DNA of 38,179 bases, taken from assembly GCA_900617105.1 (NCBI GenBank), contig UYFQ01000589.1:1-38179 (forward strand), given 5' to 3'. Positions 1 through 8,994 of the stretch are shown here, piece after piece (positions within the stretch are counted from its first letter, which is position 1; every line of letters begins with the position of its first letter). The notes under the pieces were generated by a model. It had not been told where the DNA came from. It worked only from the letters and a program-made list of their open reading frames with translations, and made no database searches. This DNA is from Hydrurus foetidus (lineage: Eukaryota). The translations under genes and the position numbers were made by a program.

Positions 1-1
1 A

Positions 2-3000
2 AATAACGAACTCATTAATTTAACTCTCCAGTTTCATTCTTATGACGGCGAATGCCACAAAATCCTTTTAACCTTGCGAGTTAATCGGAATACAGATATT
101 GAACTTTTGTTAAGTCGCAACACTGTAAATAAATATGATTTTATGTCATTAACACCTTTTGCTTTTGGTATCTCTCCTGAGCTCAGTGCGGAGAACAAAA
201 GGAAAAGAGATATTCGTTGGCGCGAATATCAAGAAAGGGAAGCAATAACAAAGCTTGACCCACTACACTGGAGCAAATACACCAGGCGTATGATATCGGA
301 GGGAGTTCTACCCGAAGAGCCAGAGGTAGAGTCGATTACCCCAACATATGATTTGTTGAAGGGAATCACTCAGACGAAACTCGCTCTTAAAAGAGAACCA
401 TACGGCCTTTGCCCAAAGCCAAAACCAACGAAGGCCATTTTGCACGCACCTCTAACCAAGGAAGTCGTGGGGTCAGACTGTCATGCAACGTTCACGTGTG
501 GCGTTACCCAGGTTGGTTCCGAGGGAGTCATGACCCAAAGTCCATGTGGTGATGTGGGTTGTCAGCGACTGGACAGTGTCTCGGCTGTACTCGCGAAACG
601 TACGGGTGATACCCCGCACCTAGGTGGTGACCCGATTCCCACCCTCACACATACCTCTGGGGACTCTGCTACATCAGACTATGACGTGGAAGCCGTATGG
701 CCAAGCGGTGTCGCACTCTCCGTTGACGAGATTGACAATGACAAGACTGACACTTTCGCACCTTTCTTGCGTGACAAGACGTGCCGAAATGTACCGCCCA
801 ATGGGCCGGATGATTTTTTGTCACAAATTCATTTTGAGGGGGATGAAAGCCTTCAGAAGGATTTGCGTACTCTCTGTTCAGAATTCGCTGATATTTTCAG
901 TGATAAGCTAGCCCCGCAAGCTGCACATCTCAAACCTTTTGAGATTAATTTGCCTAGGCAAAAATGGGAGGTTCCTTCGAACCGCACACCAGTGCGCCCA
1001 CAATCCTCTAAGAAGGAACATTACCTCCGCACTTCAATTGAAGAAATGCTGGAGGATGGTGTGATCGAGAGGTCGAACGCTGCATACTACAGTCATCCTG
1101 TAATGGTAAATAAGACAGCCGATACGTATCGAACCTGCATCGACTATCGTGCACTCAATGAATGCATTGAGCCGGCCTCCTTTCCCCTACCCAATATCAA
1201 ACACCTCTTTGAGAGGATCGGTAATAAAAAACCGGATATTTACGGAGTGATGGATTTAACCGCGGGTTACCACCAAGCACCTCTGTACACACCCCACCGA
1301 ATCTATACCGCATTTATATGTTTCATGGGGGTGTTTCAGTTCACGAGATTGCCTTTTGGCCCTTGTCGAGCCCCCTCTTACTTTCAGGAGCAGATGGTGA
1401 CAATGGTCCTTTACGGTCTTATATACCGCTGTTGCGAGATGTATCTCGATGACTGCATCGTATATGGACGGGGCGAAGCAGAGTTTCTCAAGAATCTGCG
1501 CAGCGTTTTTGAAAGATTTCGCCTTAAAAATCTTAAGCTCAAAGCAAAGAAATGCAGATTCGGTCTCAAACGTATTGAATACGTGGGCCGAGTCATAGAC
1601 AAGGATGGTTTATCCATGTCTAAAGAAAAGATTGAGACAGTACTCAACTTCCCACTTCCTAAATAAGTAATATCCCTTCGTGGATTTCTTGGCTTAGCCA
1701 ACTACTTTCGTCAATTTGTACCGTTTCATTCGGACATGGTCAAACCACTTCAAATGATGGTGGACCCAAAGGCACTTAAACGTTCCCCCATATATTGGAC
1801 CCCCGAGGGGACTTTGGCATTTAATGAGACTAAAATCGCGGTATCGCGTTGTCCTTTAATGTACTTCATCAATGATGATTCACCCATCAGATTATATACT
1901 GATGCATCCGATTATGGCATCGGTGGTGTACTCTTCCAAATCGTCGACACCGAATGGAGACCAATCGCTTTTATAAGCAAATCTCTATCGGCAACACAAA
2001 TAAATTGGTCGACAATACAGAAAGAAGCTTATGCTATCTTTTTCTGTTGCCAACAACTCGATTATCTCATTCGAGACCGTAAGTTTACCATACATACGGA
2101 TCATATGAATTTGACATATATGAAACAAAACCCCACTTCAATGGTGACACGGTGGTTCATTGCAATGCAAGAACTTGATTTTACCGTACACTTTGTCAAA
2201 GGGTCGGATAATGAACTTGCCGATGCTCTGTCACGGTTATGTCCAAATCTTACCGAAATTGCTCTGCCTAAGACAATCAGGTCCGAGAGTGATACTCCAG
2301 TATCATCTTCTTCATCATCATGTTTTGCAGTTTCGGCTTTAACGGTTATTGCACCGCCGACAGATGAACAGAATGTTTACATTCAAATGTGCCACAATTC
2401 AATTGTTGGTCACAACGGCATCGACCGTACCCTCACTCGACTCTTTAGTCTTAACCATGTGTGGAAAAATATGAAACAGCACGTACGCTCGTTCATACGA
2501 AACTGCCCATGCTGTCAGAAATTGAGTGCAGTTGATGCAAATATCAGCGCTGCTCATTTTTCAACGTCCACGCATGCTATTTTCGATACATTAAATATCG
2601 ATTATATTGGCCCATTCCCTGATAAAGGGTATATTCTTGTCATAATTGACACCTTCTCCAGATGGACAGAAATGTTCTGGTGTAAGGATGCTACAGCTCA
2701 GTCTGCATGTGAATGCTTACTGACTCATTTTGGTCGATTTGGATCGCCAAATATGATTAGATCCGATCGAGGATCCCACTTCGCTAATGATCTCATTAAA
2801 GAGTTCTTAGACCTAACGGGTACACCCCATAATCTCACTTTGGCTTATTCCTCACAAGAGAATGCCATTGTAGAAAGGGTCAACAAAGAAGTGAATAGAC
2901 ACTTACGAGGTCTCGTGTTTGATACACCATCTCTTGAACACTATGCTAAATGCATACCATTTGTTCAACGTATCATTAACAGTTCAGTTAATCGACGAAC

Positions 3001-3655
3001 AAATCAAAGTCCTGCTTCGATTTTATTCGGCAATAAACTTGATTTGAATCGGGGTATTTTGACCCCTCATCTATTACCAACGTTGACATCTTCGAATTCA
3101 ACATACATCACAGATCTCATCGATATACAGGACAAGGTCCTCGATGCAGCAATCAATTCTCTTCAGAAATGTGATGACAAACACAAAAAGTCCACACAAG
3201 GTGTGACAGTGTTCCCCATAGGGTCATATGTTCTGGTAAAACAGGACCATCCTCCAACTCGATTACACACAAAGTGGAAAGGTCCTTTCCGTGTTGTCTC
3301 CCTTGAGGGATCCGAGTATGTTCTCGCGAACTTAATTACACACAAACACAATAGTGTACATGTGAAAAATCTAAAGATTTTCAATTATGACCCATCGTTG
3401 GGCATACCTGCTGATACAGCACGTCGCGATTACATGGAGTATTTCGTTGAGAAAGTTCTTAATCACACTGGTGATTCAAAGAAGCCGACATCCATGTCGT
3501 TCCATGTTAAATGGCTCAACTATGATACTTCACATAATACATGGGAGCCTTGGAAGAATCTCCGGCTCTGTGAAGCACTCCATGTATACTTGCGGAATAA
3601 TAACATGTCACGTTTTATTCCCAGGAATCTTGAGGGATCAACCGATGAGGTTTGA
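2..3655 (+). pseudogene. pol: gypsy pol polyprotein with one in-frame TAA at 1664-1666
   Basis: ORFs 74-1666 and 1736-3655 share a frame and read PLPK*VISLRGFLGLANYFRQFVP across the stop. Motifs: RT CIDYRALN, MDLTAGYHQ, LPFG, YLDD; RNase H YTDASDYGIG, EAYAI, TDH, ADALSR; IN H..H..CPCC, IDYIGP, SDRG, ENAIVERVN, KWKGPF; chromodomain YFVEKVL...VKWLNY...TWEPWKNL. Confidence 0.95.
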
Positions 3656-3994
3656 GTTCGAACGTATTATCTTTTGAAGATTTTTCGCCTAATTTTTGCC
3701 CTTTTCTAAGGGATTTTTATGGTTTTTAGTCAGTAAAAATCTGACATAATTACGTTTTCGACCCTCGTACAACAGTACTCTACTGTTTTGTACAACCCCA
3801 CCTTATCTTTCTACATCGAACCCCACCTTTCTCCAAGTTTTCTTTTGTAAATATTTTTATGTTCACTTTTATTTCTCTCATATTTTCGATTTGGTAAATT
3901 TTCGTATATTTTTTTTTATCGATTAAGTTATAAAAATAAGTTTGCAAAGAAACGGGGGTTTCGATTTAGTTTAGATTTAGCTTAGTTTTTTTTC

Positions 3995-4021
3995 GAAAGA
4001 AGGAAAGATAAGTGGGGGTAA
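3995..4021 (+). other. polypurine tract of the gypsy element
   Basis: GAAAGAAGGAAAGATAAGTGGGGGTAA immediately before the TGTG LTR start. Confidence 0.85.
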
Positions 4022-4230
4022 TGTGATAGTACCGGGTCCAGGGTCCCGATCCTACCGGGTACCGACTCTACCGGATCCTACCGGGTACTACTACTGTACA
4101 CTACAGTTGGGCTGTCGTATCGTCGTAGCCATCTACAGCATCCACTTAGAAGTTAAACTAGCTTCTAGCATAGATACCTGTAACTAAGCCTACCTCCTCT
4201 TTCCACCCTTTCTCCATTTGCCCGACCACA
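4022..4230 (+). repeat. 3' LTR of the gypsy element (209 bp)
   Basis: Starts TGTG after the PPT and ends CCACA exactly where copia integrase-like coding sequence resumes. Contains internal repeats (GATCCTACCGGGTAC twice). Confidence 0.8.
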
Positions 4231-5687
4231 TGCTCGGGAAACCACGCGACAGTATCTGTTATCCGTACTGAGTTAGTGGGTGTCGCCCACACTGTGTAGC
4301 AACGGTAATGCTGGTACGCTGGACCTATATAGAACCCTGGAACGCCATGTGGAGCCCATGAAGCGCGATTAGCTGGCTTATCGTGGATGAGGATACGCGT
4401 TCCCGCAGGGGCAATCGGATGCGCTCGAAAGTCGTGCTAACCGCCGTGAATTCCAGCGTAGGCGGAAACATCTGGATTGGGAGCAAATGGAGTCAAGTGA
4501 TTTAGACATAGTAGTATCTGGGGTAGTAACAAATCCCAAATATCCATGGGGAAAAGTTTTGACGTTGTGCAAAATGTTGAAATGGCGTGATTCTTTAATG
4601 TACGAATGGCTCGTTCTGCTCGTAACGCCCGATGCTGACTAGGCGGACAGTACTGGAGAGAGATATTCAGCTTCTTAATGAACGTCTCAAGAGGGATGGA
4701 GGTTTCATTGTCCAAGCGTTGAAATACAGGTTTGTGACCTAAGTCTGTGAACCATTTGATTGTTGCGGCGTATGCCTTAATATACTCCGTATGATGCCGT
4801 GATTTCATAGGTTGGGCGTGAATATATCCGTCCAGTGTAGAGACGAGAAGGTATTGGTTGCCTGTTCGAGAGATAATTGGAAACCGACCCGTAAGATCTG
4901 AGTGCGCTGTGTGCGTTGTTGTAATGCACTTGATAAAGACATGTGAGTGTGGCTGCCGTGAGGATTCGTCGACAATGTCTGGTGCTGAGTCTGCGACGGT
5001 GGAGGATTTTGTAGAGTCTTGGCCCTGACGGCACTGGTCGAGATGACCCTGCGCTGTAGCTTGCGATAGTGGAGGGTGAGCGTTAAGTAACCTGGTGCTC
5101 AATCGAGGAAATGTCGATAGATACCCCCGTGAGATAGCTTTTTCGAAGGTAGAGATGGCAGGACTCCCAAAGGTGGCATGAGCGAACGCCACAAAGTCTT
5201 TGTCCGACGAGAGGGAGAAGGCAGCATGCGCGAAGGCTTCTTGAGCTAATGGCAGATTTAATCGCCAAAGAGTTGCAGTAGGGGATTTACTGGCTGTTGC
5301 GACGATATTATTGCCAAGCAATATTTGGACGTTGTGTTTCGTGAATGTGGCGATGCACCCGCGATTGCAAAAGGCCGATACACTGAAGAGTGAGTGTTCA
5401 AGCATTGAGTCTGGAAAGATGTATACTGGCAATGGCTCGGAGAGATAAGGGAATGCCATAGTACCGGCGCCGATAGATGTGAGGCAATCATTGTTGGGAA
5501 GTGTGACCGTTAGTGGCAGTGCACCCGCGGTAAGAACGGCTGAAGCGGCATCACATTGCCGAAGCAGTATGTGAGTGCAACCAGTATCTGCATATGCAGT
5601 CGATGTGTTGGCCCGAAGAGAAGAAGAAGTGCTGGAGAAAAGCGTTGGATTATTTACGTCTTTCGTGTCATATGCTAGCTCACATCG
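4231..5687 (-). pseudogene. pol: copia pol (protease + integrase), TAG at 4439-4437, cut by insertion at 4230/4231
   Basis: Protease AYADTGCTH; GAG-pre-integrase FAHATFGSPAISTF; IN HSDLTGRFP, RLDNETS, PPSQHRALRAERAIRTLKNH. Past the TAG the frame continues SWAPHGVPGFYIGPAYQHYRCY...TDTVAWFPE. Confidence 0.9.
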
Positions 5688-6659
5688 TCATTTCCGCCAT
5701 GTAGATCCACCCTCCACAGCAGTGTGCGTCATCGCTGCGAGGTGGTGCATGTCGTACAAAGTAGGTTCTTTGAGCATCTGCCGACATTTGGTACCAAGGT
5801 GGCCCCCGTATCCGTGGAGATAGCAGTAAAAAGTTCGATTTTGTCCTGTTGGAGGAGCTGGCCGCGATCTTGGTGGATTGGTTGCAGCGGCTGTAACTGC
5901 AGCCGAATAACCGAGTGCAGCCGACTGGGTTGGCATGTTTGGGGCTTGAGCTTCGACAAATGCAGTCATTTGGATAAGCGTGCGTTCGGCTAGCGGCTGA
6001 GAACTCTTATACAGCGTAATTGCTTGTACATATTGCGTATTGCCGGAAAGACTGCGGCTGTATGCCGTCATTTGATCGACTGGCGAGAGGGATTGATGAA
6101 TGCGGTCAAGGAACGAGATATTCTGATGAAACAAAACCGCGTGCGACGCCAAGGTATCTGTGTCCGCAATTGGTGAGTTGAGTTTGTCCCGAATGAGTTG
6201 TATTTGGTGCTCTGTATAGTTTCCATATATGCCGAATAAATAGTCCCATAACTGCCAGGGTTGCCGCAGGAGATCAGGATGCGTAGCTGCGTGCGCATGG
6301 AGTGCCGTTGTTGCCGACGAACTGAGACCACTCATTATATGCTGAGCGATCGTGCGGATGTCGTTGGCAACCGAAGTGTACTCATCAAGGTGCAGTTTGT
6401 ATACTGTAAGAATCGTCGCCGTTGGATTCGGAGCGAGGATTGGTCGAATATTTTCTGGTCGGGGCTGGAGAATATCGTTGATGATGTTGGCTGGATCCGC
6501 GTTATACAACGTTGTGCGCTGCACGAATCGAGAGAGGCCCTGCACATGAACATTGGACATGGTCGTGGCTTGAAGAAGAGAGGCCTGATACATTTCTCCA
6601 ATCAAGAAGATTGCTGTGATGTCGTCACGTAGATGAACGTGGTAAGTGATGTCGGACAT
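5688..6659 (-). CDS. gag: copia gag (323 aa) with C-X2-H-X4-H-X4-C zinc knuckle
   Basis: ATG 25 nt after the LTR. C-terminal YCYLHGYGGHLGTKC and GGS tail; lies directly upstream of the protease. Confidence 0.85.
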   Translation of the reverse strand: MSDITYHVHLRDDITAIFLIGEMYQASLLQATTMSNVHVQGLSRFVQRTTLYNADPANIINDILQPRPENIRPILAPNPTATILTVYKLHLDEYTSVANDIRTIAQHIMSGLSSSATTALHAHAATHPDLLRQPWQLWDYLFGIYGNYTEHQIQLIRDKLNSPIADTDTLASHAVLFHQNISFLDRIHQSLSPVDQMTAYSRSLSGNTQYVQAITLYKSSQPLAERTLIQMTAFVEAQAPNMPTQSAALGYSAAVTAAATNPPRSRPAPPTGQNRTFYCYLHGYGGHLGTKCRQMLKEPTLYDMHHLAAMTHTAVEGGSTWRK

Positions 6660-6684
6660 GTCAAACGTGGATAGTAACTAGAAC

Positions 6685-6864
6685 TGTTGATATCACTATC
6701 AAACTCTGTACGAACGAAGAATGCTATTCATACGAATGTTCTAGTTAACTTATGCGCGTGATGGTAAGTTAACTGATGATTTGATGTCATGATGTGAAAA
6801 GTACTGTGCTGAAGTCGATGTCGAACTTCCAGGAATGAATCGTACGAACGTACGATGATCAACA
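6685..6864 (-). repeat. 5' LTR of the copia element (180 bp)
   Basis: Perfect inverted termini TGTTGAT...ATCAACA directly upstream of gag. Confidence 0.85.
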
Positions 6865-6878
6865 CCCCCCCCCCCTCG

Positions 6879-7618
6879 GACCGTTTGCACGATCAGGTCT
6901 GCCATTCCTGCATAAAATTTTCCCACCGATCCGTGATTTTGGAGGTCGAGCTTTCTCTACGAATGTCGCTCCAAAGCCACTGGAAACTACGGGAATCTGT
7001 CAGCCTTTTTTACAAAATTTGAAACTTTTTTTTTAATGTTTGAATTAAAATGCTGACTAGACATGGTAGCACTCCATGCCAACCAAAACTAAGATATAAC
7101 TTCTGTTCCTCTGTAAATTCTGATGGAGATTGATATGGCGGTCTTCCTTTGAGACGCTGTAGCTTGCAAGAAAACTCGACCGGCGAAATCACTATGCCGA
7201 AGGTGAAACAGAGCAGACGGCCAAAGAAGAAATAGACGATGGTTGAATCTCCTGAAGTTGTTAGAATCCGACGTGTCGACGATGTCAACGATTATGTATC
7301 GTATTTAGCGGATCGAATGGAGTTGGTTGAAGAGGAGTAAGAGGAGGAAAATTTCAAGGATGACAGCACTGCGCAAAAATCGGTTAGGAGAACTGTGAAG
7401 CGGGCGTTGAATGGCGCACCTGGTAAATCAATTCTATCAGAAATAACGCTAGATGTCGGGGGCTCAGCAATACCGCGCTTGTGGATTTCTTGTATAAATG
7501 GCAGATAGCAATTGTTGGAAGCTTTGATTAATCATTACACGTGAGGGAACGTACTACTGTGTATGCGTTGTACGTTAGCCGTGGGAAAATATTGGCTGAC
7601 CTGATCGTGCAAACGGTC
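6879..7618. mobile_element. non-autonomous TIR DNA transposon (740 bp)
   Basis: TIR GACCGTTTGCACGATCAGGTC(T/A)GCCA at both ends, with a further TTTTCCCAC subterminal match. CTCG on both flanks (6875-6878, 7619-7622). Confidence 0.88.
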
Positions 7619-8994
7619 CTCGAGGAAATTTTTTGGACATGACTATTTTACCCGAGACTGGGCCGCCCTGTAGACCGAAATGACTTCGCACATCAACAGT
7701 GAGTATACACCTCATCCTTCATCCACTGATCTGCATCATATGTGTATCGATGGATGAAGATAGATATGCGGAGTGTGTTCATCTTACACTGCGCAGCCAC
7801 CTCACTTTCGGCTGTATCCAATGTCGACAATAGCGATCCATAAAAGTTCAGGGTGGAGTGTCGTGTTTCTGACTGACAATTCATATATTTGAAACCGATC
7901 ATTATTAATAAAATAAAAATGAAGACAAATTGTGCCTCATTTGTCGTACGTTGAATGCAGCACTATATTCTTCGAAAGCAATGTATCACCACTAAACGAA
8001 AAGAAATGACATCTGACGAGCATGGTATGTCGACCTAAAGATGGTCGGATACCCTGACATGTAATAACTGTCCGGATGACGTCACATTGTATTTCATTGT
8101 GTTTGCGCTCCTAATGAACGGACGGCATGAGATGTTAAGTGTATATGTACATGTTGTATTATGTCGGCTACGGTATGAGATATGGTGTGATGTGATTGGA
8201 CAAAAACGTGTATGAAATTTAGATGCTTATAATTCGGGGAAGCAGCTTGGATTTTAATTGAATCCAAGCTATAATAGGATTTTTGTCTTATTTTATTCCA
8301 TTTTACTTATACATTTGTTTGTGTTTTGTATTACATTTCATTCTGCTTTTTCTATTAAGATTAAGTTAACGTGATTTTTGACGGTGTGGAAATATTACAT
8401 TGGGTAAACTTGTCCGATGCCAGATTTATTTACCTTCGTTTTCTGCTTGTTTTTGAAATTCATTTTCGTACAGCATTCTGATTAATGCTGTACTTTATTT
8501 TTGTTTATAAAAATGCATGATCTATCTCGCAGACTAACGTTATCCTCAACGTTTTTATTCTTTGTTTTTTTCAAGCCGTCAGTTTTGTCTCTTTTTCGTG
8601 ATCAGTTGTAAGCCCAATTTTCGGTGTTATTTGAACCCACGTTCTTGATTTTTCTTCTACTTTTCGTATTTTTATATCATACTGTAACACGTCATGTCGA
8701 TGGTACGCATTGTATGTATTTGATGCTATTAGTTTTTGTATCAGTTTGCTACTACCAGTCGTTACGATCAACAACCATATTCGTTTTGCACACTTCCATC
8801 ATTTCGAATTCTTTTGTTTTATCCCGTCACTCACCATCTTAAATTTAAATCGAATGTAGTTTCTCTGCGTTGTATAGACCCTCTTCTAATCACACGAACT
8901 TTACAAAGATGAACTCTATGTTACTAATATCATAATCGTTATCATAATTTCTTTTCTTTTTCTGTCCATCTGTCCCAAAAGTAATCACAATTGA

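Larger units (their letters stand above)
1..4230 (+). mobile_element. Ty3/gypsy LTR retrotransposon with chromodomain integrase (chromovirus-like); 5' part lies outside the window
   Basis: Domain order PR end, RT, RNase H, IN, chromodomain, then a polypurine tract and a TG...CA LTR. Confidence 0.96.
4231..6864 (-). mobile_element. Ty1/copia LTR retrotransposon resembling diatom CoDi elements; 5' half only, interrupted by the gypsy insertion
   Basis: LTR, gag, protease, then integrase directly after protease (copia order). RT-RNase H not present in the window. Confidence 0.9.

Noticed and set aside
1664..5690. Non-standard genetic code suggested by in-frame TAA, TAG and TGA in TE ORFs
   Set aside because: All three stop types occur once each and only in transposons; host gene models read cleanly in the standard code and end in TAA or TGA.
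8244..8270. 10-bp stem hairpin AGCTTGGATT...AATCCAAGCT in an AT-rich region
   Set aside because: Isolated, with no associated Helitron-type end or RNA-gene features; nearby coding-like sequence is too decayed to call.
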